From contig NC_088807.1 of assembly GCF_011386835.1 (NCBI RefSeq), forward strand, positions 25,296,001-25,360,000: a DNA stretch of 64,000 bases, written 5' to 3'. Under the pieces are notes generated by a model. That model worked only from the letters and a program-made list of their open reading frames with translations, was not told where the DNA came from and ran no database searches. This document shows, piece by piece, positions 1 through 13,699 of this stretch. Source of the DNA: Chrysemys picta bellii (Eukaryota). Each line of letters starts with the position of its first letter. The first letter of the stretch is position 1. The position numbers and the translations under genes are program-made.

Positions 1-215
1 CTGGAACCAGCCCCCTGCTCTAACCGCCAGCCCCCAGCCCCCTCCCAGAGCCGGGAGAGAACCCAGGAGTCCTGGCCCCCAGCCCCCCCCCCTGTTCTAA
101 CCACTAGACCCCACTCCCCTCCCAGAACAGGATTGAACCCAGGAGTCCTGGCCTCCAGCCCCCCCCGTTCTAACCACTAGACCCCACTCCCCTCCCAGAG
201 CCGGGACAGAACCCA
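1..215. repeat. GC-rich tandem/dispersed repeat family (GGAGAGAACCCAGGAGTCCTGGCTCCCAGCCCCCC...CTCTAACCACYAGACCCCACTCCCCTCCCAGAGC)
   Basis: About 3 units of a ~75-80 bp motif. The same family recurs at 880-1200, 16130-16250, 18230-18580, 19365-19545 and in many KDM5C introns. Confidence 0.9.
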
Positions 216-879
216 GGCGCTCTGCTCGGGGGGGGGGGGGGGTACACTGGAGAAGGCTCTTGCAGAGGGCGGGGGGAGCGGGCTAGATTTCAGACAAGGC
301 TTCAGTGAGGGGGAGGGAGGGAACTTCACCTTTCCAGGGGAACCGGGGCCAACCGGGGGGAGCCCCCCATCCCCTGACCCGTCCACACCCAAGGCAGCCT
401 GGAGCTGAGGTGTCTCCCCCCCCGCCGCCTCCCCCCCAGTCTCTGTCACTTCCTCTCCAGCTGCTGAGTCCGTGTCTTTCCCTGCCAATCAATTTCCTTC
501 CGCCACTGGGAGTCCCAGCCCCCCCCCCCCCATCTGCTGGTGCCCCTCACTCCCGACCGCAGCCCCCTGCACCATGTCATATTGAAAGCAGAAGCGGGTG
601 TCGGGGGCGGGGGGCTGGAGGTGAAGACTATAACTCTCATCATTGCAATTTCCAAGTGTGTGTGTTTGGGGGGGTATTTTAACCTCCAAAGGTCTGGAAA
701 GGCCTAAACTCCCTTAACCCTTTGGACCCCATCCCCAGCTGGGGTGTTTGGGGGCTTCAGATGGGGGTGGGGAGGGGCCGGGTGTCTGCAGAGACCCCTC
801 CAAAGAGCTGTGTAAGTATCTGGGATCAAGGCATCCCCCCTCAATTCCACCCCCCCATAAAAATTGCTCCAGCACCCCT

Positions 880-1200
880 GGATAGAACCCAGGAGTCCTG
901 GCTCCCAGCCCCCCCTGCTCTACCCCACCAGCCCCCCCCTTCCCTTCCAGAGCTGGGGAGAGAACCCAGGAGTCCTGGCTCCCAGCCCCCCCTGCTCTAA
1001 CCACCAGACCCCACTCCCCTCCCAGAGCTGGGGAGAGAACCCAGGAGTCCTGGCTCCCAGCCCCCCTTGCTCTACCCCACCAGACCCCACTCCCCTCCCA
1101 GAGCTGGGGAGAGAACCCAGGAGTCCTGGCTCCGAGCCCCACATCTTCTAACCCGCAGACCGCACTTCCCTTCTGGAGAACCCAGGAGTCCTGACTCCCA
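880..1200. repeat. Tandem array of the GGAGAGAACCCAGGAGTCCTGGCTCCCAGCC family
   Basis: About 4-5 near-identical ~78 bp units seen directly. Confidence 0.9.
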
Positions 1201-2184
1201 TCTACCTTGGTTTGGGGCAGACTGGTCATTAAATGACTCCAATGCCCCCCTTTACTGGGGAAGGGGGGGAGGGAGTCCTGGAATGCAGGGGGGGTCCCTT
1301 TAAGGGTGGGTTGCTGCCCCCTGCTGGCCCCGTCACGTTTCATGTGTTCTTTATATTAAAAGCAACAAGCCCAGAAAGTGGTGGGAAAGTCGCAGCGGGC
1401 TCCCCCCGCCCCCCGCGATCACCCCAGTATCTGCTCCCCTTGGGCCGCAGGCCAGAAGCCACCTTTCCCCCTCCCCCCTGGGCAGGGTCTGATCTCTGGG
1501 GGTGGGCAGATCAGAGCTGGGCAAAGGGGGGTCCCCCCCATCCCTGTCCACTAGTGACATTTGTGCCAATTTCTCTTCTGGCCTTTTTTGCCCGGCGCTC
1601 TCCGGGACCAGAGCCGGGGCCTCTCCGGGAGGGGAGGGTGTTCACACCGGCTTGATTCACCTTTGGGAAGTGGGTCGTTTGTTCCCAAACTGTGTGTGTA
1701 TGTGTGGGGGTAGATTGACCCCCCCCGCCACTTCCACGCACGCCCCCCCCCCAACGGTCGCCCCTGGAAGATCTGGCGCACGTTGGTGCCGGGGAGGAAC
1801 GCCCGTTTTTGGCCTGGGGTGGGGGATCGAGAAGCTGGATTTCTCCCAGGCGTGCGCAGATTAGGTCCCTGCTCCTGTTAAGAGATTTGCCCCGGGGATC
1901 AACTGGATCCCAGATCCTGCACAGAGAGCTGGTCCCGCCCCCGTGGATCAACTAGGTCTCAGCTCTGGGTCCTAGGGACCAACGAGATCCCTCTTCCTGT
2001 TAACAGACTGGATCCTGGTAAAAGCTTTGTCCCAGGGACCCACTAGATCCCAGCCCCTTCCCCGTTTTTTGGCAAGCATTGCCCTGCCCAGAGATCTCCT
2101 GGGATCCCGTAACAGACCCTGGCCGGCTGCACACACGGTAGAGCCGGCAGGTTACGGGGTGAGATCCGAAGAGGAAAGGAACTG

Positions 2185-2850
2185 GGGAGGGGGTGTTTTG
2201 TGGGTGTTGTGGGCAGGACAGGGTGTGGGTCTGCCGAAGGGCGGTTGTTGGTTGTCGGGAGTTGTGCGTCTCTGCTGCGTAGTCAGGGTGGTTGGAGCGC
2301 CGGGAAGGTGAGAGTCTCTGGGCCCAAGAGGGGTGTGTGTGTGGGGGGGGGGGGTTGTGTGTTGGGATGGTGTGGGAGGATTGTGTGTTGTCGGGGTGGC
2401 TGTGTAGAGTGGTGGTGTGTGTGTTGGGGGGGTTGTGTATGAGGTTGTGTATTGTGTTGGGGGGGTGGGTATGAGGTAGTGTTGTGTGTGTTGTGCAGGG
2501 CTGTGTCTGGGGTCATGAGGTTGTGTGTTGGGATGGTGGGGGAGGGTTGTGTCAGAGGTTGTGGAGTTGTGTGTTTGGGGAAGTTGTTTGGGCTTGTGTG
2601 TTGTGCTGGTATGTGGGGTTGTCTGGTTGCGTCGGGGGTTGTGCATTGGGGTAGTGTGAGTAGAGGGGGTTGTGTGTGGTGGGATGGGGTGTGTTGGGGA
2701 AGGTGTGGGGTGTGTTGGGGTGGGAGGTTGTGTGGTCGGGTGGTGTGGGTAGTGGGGGTTGTGTCTGGGGTTGTGTGTTGTGGCTGTGTATTGTGGTGGT
2801 GTGTGTGTAGTGGGGGTTGTGTGTTGTGGGGTGGGGTGTGTTGTATTCCC
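2185..2850. repeat. GT-rich low-complexity degenerate repeat (GTGTGTTGTGGG-like) in the TFE3 5' region
   Basis: Almost only G and T on the + strand. The V/C/G/W-rich ORFs here are artefacts. Confidence 0.85.
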
Positions 2851-3286
2851 TAGATGGTTAACGCTGCTCCCCCATCTGTGTTGGGGACCCTCCCCATAGC
2901 AGCCATTTCAGGGTCCCCACAACCTCACCACCTTGGGTCTCCCTCTCTGGGTCAATCTCAAACCAGGAAGTGTCCGTCCCGTCCCCCCCCCCCGGTGTGT
3001 CTGGGGGGTTACCCCTGCTCCCTACCCCTCATCGCCCGAGGGCCTGGTGCAAGGATGGGCAGGGGGTGGGGAGGCGTCTAGGGGCGGGCACCAGGCAGTA
3101 GGGGGCGCTCGCGAGTCCCTCATGACAATGACGCCCATGGCCAACGCCCATGGCCAACACCCAAGGCCAACTCTTGCGTCTACTGGAGAGGCACGAGGGG
3201 ACGGGGGGAGGATGCGCCGTGAGAAATTTGCACAAGATCCATGCACGAGGATTCACGCTCGCTCTGTCTCCCCCGCCCTCCCCCAG

Positions 3287-5961
3287 CCTCGAGTCTTTGC
3301 TCCCTGAGTCGGGCATCGTCGCGGACATTGACTTAGAGAACGTCTTCTCCTTGGCCGGGGACAACTTCTACGAGCTCAAAAGCCAGCCCATCTCCGGGAG
3401 GTAAGGCGGCCATCTTTGGGGCAGCTCTTAGCAGGGCTCCGCTCCTGTCACCCTGCTTTGCCCCCCCCCCCATCCTGCAAACCCCATGGAGATGCAAGGA
3501 CCCCAATGCCAGATGGTGACTGGGGGGGGGGGCATTCCCTGGGGCAGCCTCCCACCCCAGGCTCTGACCGCCAGGGGGCGGAGAAGGGGGGTGGGGGAGC
3601 AAAGGGCCCCCTCACCCCAATTATACAAGTCCCCTCCCCCAAATTGGCCCCAGCGCCCCCATGGACTAAATCCAAGATGGCCACCTTTAGCCGTCTTCGA
3701 TATTTGCCTGTGGACAATGGGGGTGGGAGGGGGATGGACAGGGAGCAGGAAATGGGGGGAGGTGTACAGGGAGGGGTGGGGGGAAGGGGAGGATTTTGGG
3801 GGGCTGTATGGGGGGAGGGGGAGGATTCTGCACATGCCCGCCCCCCCGTCTCTAATCCTGTCTGTCTCTCCCAGCCCCCCGGCCGCCCCCCTGCAGCCGC
3901 CGGCCCCCCCAGCCCCGGGGGACCCCCCCGGCCCCAGCATGTCGTCGTCGCGGGTGCTGTTGCGGCAGCAGCTGATGCGGGCGCAGACCCAGGAGCAGGA
4001 GCGGCGGGAGCAGCAGCAGGCGGCCCAGTTCCTGCCCCCCAACCCCGCGCCCCCCACCCCGGCCATCTCCGTCAGCAGCCCCCTGCCCCGCCCTGCCGCC
4101 CAGGTCCCGGTCGAGGTGCTCAAGGTGAGAGCCCGGGGCCCTGTGGGGAATGGGGCTGGGGCCTGCCCCCTCTAGGGGGTGCCGGCTCCCATCAGCCCCA
4201 GGGCAGGGACTGGCTGGCTCAGGGGGGCAGGGAATGGGGCAGGGGCCTGTCCCATCTAGGGGGCGCCGGCTCCCATCGGCCCCAGGGCAGGGACTGGCTG
4301 GGTCAGGGGGCAGGGAATGGGGCAGGGGCCTGCCCCCTCTAGGGGGCGCCGGCTCCCATCGGCCCCAGGGCAGGGACTGGCTGGCTCAGGGGGGCGGGGA
4401 ATGGGGCAGGGGCCTGTCCCCTCTGGGGGGCGCCGGCTCCCATCGGCCCCAGGGCAGGGACTGGCTGGCTCAGGGGGGCGGGGAATGGGGCGGGGGCCTG
4501 TCCCCTCTGGGGGGCGCCGGCTCCCACCGGCCCCAGGGCAGGGACTGGCTGGCTCAGGGGGGCGGGGAATGGGGCAGAGGGCCTGTCCCCTCTAGGGGGT
4601 GCCAGCTGGCATTCAGGGGCTGGCTGTGGGGGAGGGGCTCACCCCTAACGGCCCCTGTTCTGCCCCCCCGCAGGTCCAGACCCACCTGGAGAACCCGACC
4701 CGGTACCACATCCAGGAGGCCCAGCGGCAGCAGGTCAAGCAGTACCTCTCCACCACCATGGGCAACAAGCTGGCCGCCCAGGCCCTGGCGGGCTCCAGCC
4801 CCGGGGCCCCCGCCCGCTCCCCGCAGGCTGCCTCGGCCCCCGAGCCCCACAGCCTGCCCCCCCGGCAGCAGCCCGCCTCGGGCCCCGGCAGCGCCCCCAA
4901 CAGCCCCATGGCCATGCTGCACATCGGCTCCAACTCGGAGAAAGAGGTGAGTGGGGGCCCCCCCCTCTGCGCCCCCGCCCCGAATCCCTGCCCCCCATCC
5001 AGCCCCTCCTGCTCCCCCATTCCCCCAGCTCCCTTCCCTTCCCCACTCTGTGCCCCTGCCCCAAATCCTTGCCCCCCATCCAACCCCTCGGTGCCCTCTG
5101 CACCCCCATTCCCCCAAACCCCTTCCCTTCCCCCCCTCTGTGCCCCCACCCCAAACCCCTGCCCCCATCCAGACCTTCTGCGCCCCCATGGCCCCCAGCC
5201 CAGCCCCTTTTCCTTCCCCCAGGCTCCCATCCTAGCCCCCCAGCCCACATCTCTGTGCTCCTGCTGCCCACATCCCAGCTGCCCTCCCCGTCTGCCCCTC
5301 TCCTGCCCCTCCCAACCTACCCCGCTCCCTGCACACTGTGCGGGGTGGGGCGGGGACACCCACTTTCCCCTCTACCCTGGGAAACACATCTAATGACCCC
5401 CCCGTCCCCAGATCGATGATGTCATCGATGAGATCATCAGCCTGGAGTCCAGCTACAATGACGAGATGCTGAACTACATGTCCGTGGACGGGGGGCTGCA
5501 GCTGCCCAGCACGGTAATGGGGGGCAGGGTCGGGGGGGGCCCTTGCAGATCACAGCTGGGGTGGTAGGAGGGGGAACACCGCCCCTTTAAGGGTGACTGG
5601 GAGGTGCTGGCTAGCTTGGACTCCGTCCCTTTAAGGGCAACTGGGTAGGTTGGGACACCGCCCCTTTAAGGGTGAGTGGGAGGTGGTGGCTGGCTTGGAC
5701 TCCGCCCCTTTAAGGCCGACAGGGGTGGGTTTGGACTCTCCCCTTTAAGGCCGACTGGGAGTGGCGGCCAATTGAGGCTTCACCCTTTTAAGGGCACCTG
5801 GGTGGGCAGGAACATCCCTGCCAAGATGCCGCCCCTTTAAGGCATCCTGCAAGGTAGTGGCCGGGCCAGACAGCGCCCCCCTAGGCCGGGAGGCGTCACT
5901 GCCCCGCAATGAGTTTTAACCCCTTGTCTCCCGCGCAGCTGCCGGTGGCCGGGAACCTGCT
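3287..5961 (+). CDS. TFE3: Transcription factor E3 (MiT/TFE family), partial: exons 2-6; bHLH-LZ exons missing in the gap
   Basis: GT-AG exons with consistent phases: 3287-3400 ([35 protein letters not shown]), 3875-4124 ([25 protein letters not shown]...QVPVEVLK), 4674-4946 ([28 protein letters not shown]...[19 protein letters not shown]), 5412-5513 ([20 protein letters not shown]...LQLPST), 5939-5961+ (LPVAGNL, cut by Ns). [10 protein letters not shown], RAQxQEQERRE and [20 protein letters not shown] fit TFE3 better than MITF or TFEB. The first coding exon was not confidently found. Confidence 0.93.
4150..4615. repeat. ~84 bp VNTR in TFE3 intron 3 (about 6 units), each with CCTCT(A/G)GGGGG(C/T)GCC
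   Basis: Unit [83 protein letters not shown] repeated. Confidence 0.9.
4955..5260. repeat. C-rich degenerate tandem repeat in TFE3 intron 4
   Basis: Recurrent CTCTGTGCCCC...CCAAATCCYTGCCCCCCATCC units. Confidence 0.75.
5575..5845. repeat. Array of 7 CCCTTTAAGG cores in TFE3 intron 5
   Basis: Cores at about 5583, 5627, 5662, 5706, 5741, 5783 (variant with an extra T) and 5833. Confidence 0.85.
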
Positions 5962-6461
5962 NNNNNNNNNNNNNNNNNNNNNNNNNNNNNNNNNNNNNNN
6001 NNNNNNNNNNNNNNNNNNNNNNNNNNNNNNNNNNNNNNNNNNNNNNNNNNNNNNNNNNNNNNNNNNNNNNNNNNNNNNNNNNNNNNNNNNNNNNNNNNNN
6101 NNNNNNNNNNNNNNNNNNNNNNNNNNNNNNNNNNNNNNNNNNNNNNNNNNNNNNNNNNNNNNNNNNNNNNNNNNNNNNNNNNNNNNNNNNNNNNNNNNNN
6201 NNNNNNNNNNNNNNNNNNNNNNNNNNNNNNNNNNNNNNNNNNNNNNNNNNNNNNNNNNNNNNNNNNNNNNNNNNNNNNNNNNNNNNNNNNNNNNNNNNNN
6301 NNNNNNNNNNNNNNNNNNNNNNNNNNNNNNNNNNNNNNNNNNNNNNNNNNNNNNNNNNNNNNNNNNNNNNNNNNNNNNNNNNNNNNNNNNNNNNNNNNNN
6401 NNNNNNNNNNNNNNNNNNNNNNNNNNNNNNNNNNNNNNNNNNNNNNNNNNNNNNNNNNNNN
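5962..6461. other. Assembly gap (500 N, true size unknown)
   Basis: Exactly 500 N. It interrupts TFE3 exon 6; the rest of TFE3 and SYP exons 1-2 are absent. Confidence 1.
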
Positions 6462-6973
6462 CCTCCCCACCCCCCCTCCAGTTCTGGATCAGCTCCCGAC
6501 TCCCCCACGTCCTCCAATTCTGGAGTAGCTCCCGGCCCCCCCCTGCTGGTTCTCGAGCAGCTCCTGGCCCTCCCCACCTGATGATTGTGGAGTGATTCCA
6601 GACCCATTCGCTTGACATTTCTGCCGTATTATGGACCCATTTATCCAGCTGGTTGGGGAACGATTCCAGGGCCCATGGACCCTGCTGGTTCTGGATCAGA
6701 CCCACGGGCCCAGCCAGCCTGGTATCCGCCCCCCAGAATGTCCGCATGGGCCCATCCGCAGTATCCCCCCCTTTCCACTTCCAGCGCGCGGGGGGGGCGG
6801 GGGACAGAGGAGTGCGGCCGATGCAGACAGATGGACAATTGGGTCAGACAGGTTCTTATCTCGTCCCAGCACTCGGGGGGATTAGAGGGGGCGGGACCCA
6901 GCTAACCCTCTATAATTACCCACAATTCCTCTCCGCTCCACCCGCCTCCTCCTCCCCGAGGCGGGGTTATTAA

Positions 6974-10857
<3,884 letters not shown>

Positions 10858-11065
10858 GCGGGTGAGTTAACCTGGGGTGCAGGGAGGGGGGTTGCGTTGT
10901 GTGGACGCAGGCCAGACTTACAGACTTCGGGGGAGTCTATCCTGGAAGCAGCGACGCTGGATTTGGGGAGCGTGGGGGTCGCGGGCCAAAAGAACTAGGG
11001 CGATGTTGGGGTGTATAAACAGGCGACTCTCGAGTGGGAGCAGAGAGCTGATTTGGCCTCCGGAT

Positions 11066-11400
11066 CTGGCCCTGGTGTGACAACGGCTGGGATCCCGGGT
11101 CTGGCTCTGGTGCGACAACGGCTGGGATCCCGGATCTGGCTCTGGCTCTGGTGCGACAACGGCTGGGATCCCGGGTCTGGCTCTGGTGCGACAACGGCTG
11201 GGATCCCGGGTCTGGCTCTGGTGCGACAACGGCTGAGATCCCGGATCTGGCCCTGGTGCGACAACGGCTGGGATCCCGGGTCTGGGTCTGGTGCGACAAC
11301 GGCTGGGATCCCGGGTCTGGCTCTGGTGCGACAACGGCTGGGATCCCGGGTCTGGCTCTGGTGCGACAACGGCTGGGATCCCGGGTCTGGCTCTGGTGCT
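11066..11400. repeat. 35 bp minisatellite (9 units) CTGGCTCTGGTGCGACAACGGCTGGGATCCCGGGT inside the CR1
   Basis: GACAACGGCTG counted 9 times at ~35 bp spacing. Confidence 0.95.
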
Positions 11401-11763
11401 CGCAGTTCAAGGAGGACGTGGATCAATCGGGGAAGGGCTCCGAGAAGAACCGCGAGAATGATTCAGTCCCTGAGAGCGAGAGACGCCAGGATCTCCCGCT
11501 GTTCGGCTGAACAAAGGGAAGGTGAAGGGGTGAATTGATCCTGTCTCCCGGGGGAACAAATATCTAATAACGGGCTCTCCCGTCTGGCCCTCAGAGGTCG
11601 AACGCAATCCAGTGGCTGGAAGATGAAGCTGGACAAATTCAGCCTGGAAATCAGGTGTCCGTTTTTAACGGCAGGCGTAATTCACCATTGGAACAATGTG
11701 AGCAAGGGTCACGGTGGATTGTCCATCACAGGCGATTTTTCAGTCAAGCTGGGACGTTCTAAC

Positions 11764-11884
11764 TAGGGTGACCAGATGTCCCGATGTTATAGGGACAGTC
11801 CCGATTTGGGTTTTTTTCTTATATAGGTGCCTATTACCCCCCATCCCCGTCCCGAGTTTTCACACTCGCTGTCTGGTCAGCCTA
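11764..11884. mobile_element. 121 bp non-autonomous DNA transposon (MITE), hAT-type
   Basis: TIRs TAGGGTGACCAGA ... TCTGGTCAGCCTA (1 mismatch), flanked by an 8 bp target-site duplication GTTCTAAC (11756-11763) / GTTCTAAA (11885-11892). An 8 bp TSD is typical of hAT. Confidence 0.85.
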
Positions 11885-12049
11885 GTTCTAAAAGATCAAT
11901 TCTAGGAATTATTTGGCGGCCGTTCTGTGGCTTGGGTGATACAGGAGTTCAGGGTCGATATTCACACTGGACGATTCTGGCCTTGAAATCCCTGAATCTA
12001 TAAGCAAACTGGGAAGGGTCCGATTTGCCCCCGTAATGTCACCGCGCCG

Positions 12050-12705
12050 AACAAACAAACAAAATATGTCCATCAAGAATCAAAATGTATACATGGGCAA
12101 AGCCAGAGAAATGGGTAAAAGTGAAAAAGTGCTTCAAACCCATCATTTCAACTGTGAACATTGAAATCAGTTAAAAGAAAAGTTCTTAAAGCCCGTAGTT
12201 TTGCACAGCTATGAACATTTAAATGGATGAAAATTGAAAAAAATGCTTAACCCGCAATTTTAACGGTGAAAATTTAAATTAGGAAAAATAAAAATGTGCT
12301 TAAAGCCCATAATTATGCACCACTGTGAAAATTTACATCAGTGAAAAGATTAAAACCCATCAGTCTGATGGTGAAAATTTAAATTGGTAAAAATAAGAAA
12401 AGTGCTTAAAACCTGTAATTGTGCAGAGCCGTGAAAATTTAAATCCATGAAGATCGAAAAATTGCTTGACACCCATTCTTGGGCACGGCTGCTAAATCGC
12501 AATCAATACAAGTAAAAAATACCAATGCTTAAAACCCATCATTTTAGCTGTGAAGGTTTACATTGGTTTGAAAAATTGCTTAAAACCCATCATTTTGCAC
12601 AGTGGTGAAAATTTAAATAGGTAAAAAAAAAAAAAAACTTAAAAATAACCATCAATATTGTCCATCAAAATTATATTAAAAAAAATCAAATTCTGCCAAT
12701 CCCAT
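12050..12705. repeat. AT-rich element with about 10 degenerate 55-60 bp internal repeats (putative non-autonomous DNA element)
   Basis: Recurrent AAAATGCTTAAAACCCATCATTTT...GTGAAAATTTAAAT. A short reverse-complement-like remnant lies near 24690-24770. Confidence 0.65.
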
Positions 12706-13279
12706 ATTAACGAATTCCGTGTCTCGCCTTTCTCAAGGACTTTCCATTTTGATCGCTTCGCTAAAAAAAAGGATTCGAGCGTTGAATTTAACTGTATGGA
12801 GTTTTATTAGCTGTGCATAACAACAACCATGAAGCGTGCAAGATAGAAGGATGCAAAAATGGTGTCGCGCTATGATTTGGCATAACATAAACCAGACAGT
12901 TGGTCGATCTACCCCTCCCACATTTCCAGAATCAAATAACACTTATCCTCCGTCACCAGCTTGGAAGGTGACTTTGTTTAGAATAGTCCCTCGCTTGTGC
13001 CAGTTGCTTATGAAATCTGGGGTTGCTAACACAATCGAGGAAAAAGAATCTAGATCTAAACAGAAGACATAAAGGTCGTGTTCCCATTGATCTGTAGTCA
13101 ACCTTTTAACCTACTTCTCCATGAGTTATATTAATAGAGTCATCGACTCTGTCCTCCTGTGTCACACCTATGGCCTTTCTCCTCCTTCCCTGGCTCTATA
13201 CTGACTTCTCCTAAAACCTCACGCAAAAAATCATGAGGCGAGGAGTTCCAATGGATTACATCATAAACTGGTGCTTCTT

Positions 13280-13470
13280 TGGGTCTGCTACAGATTCTCA
13301 GAAGGGACCATCGGGATTATCTAGTCTGACCTCCTGTATCACACAGGACTTCCTCCAAATAATTCCTAGACCAGATCTTTTAGATCTTGATTTTAAAATT
13401 GCCCAGGATGGAGAATCCACCACGAGCCTTGGGAAATTCTTCCAGTGGTGACTTATCCTCACCTAGAGCT
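13280..13470 (-). mobile_element. CR1 LINE 3' end fragment
   Basis: AGAAGGGACCATC...ATCTAGTCTGACCTCCTGTAT...CCAAATAATTCCTAGA...GATGGAGAATCCACCAC is the reverse complement of the CR1 3' end seen at 11700-12000. Confidence 0.85.
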
Positions 13471-13699
13471 TGTGAGGCCATAGAAACCGTTAAGCCTGGT
13501 GGGATGTTTCCCAGTCAAGAGGAACTTGTTCCGTTTGGGAGCAACTTTCCCGCAATCTCGAGCAGCACCCGCTCCAGAACAAGGACCTTCCCAGGGACGC
13601 CGGGACAATCTTTAAAGCGCGTGTACTGACACCTACACGTCCTGATTAATTAGCTACCCAGCTTCAGGTCAAACAGCATCCAGGAACCAAGCCACTGTC

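Larger units (their letters stand above)
10975..12002 (+). mobile_element. CR1 LINE 3' fragment (ORF2 C-terminus and 3' end), interrupted by a minisatellite and a MITE
   Basis: Translates as AKRTRAMLGCINRR and ALVR...W.SQFKEDVDQ, matching CR1 ORF2 motifs (LGCInR; ALVRPxLEYCVQFW; FkkDvdkLe). Later GGCTGGAAGATGAAGCTGGACAAATTCAG...CATTGGAAC and a GAATCTA-type end. Consensus recalled from memory, not aligned. Confidence 0.85.

Noticed and set aside
626-645. GACTATAACTCTCA as a ZNF143/SBS-type promoter motif
   Set aside because: Two mismatches in the core versus ACTACAAnTCCC and no independent TSS evidence.
489-689. Minus ORF starting MEVK, reminiscent of CCDC120 (head-to-head neighbour of TFE3 in human)
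   Set aside because: The start is TTG, not ATG, and similarity ends after four residues.
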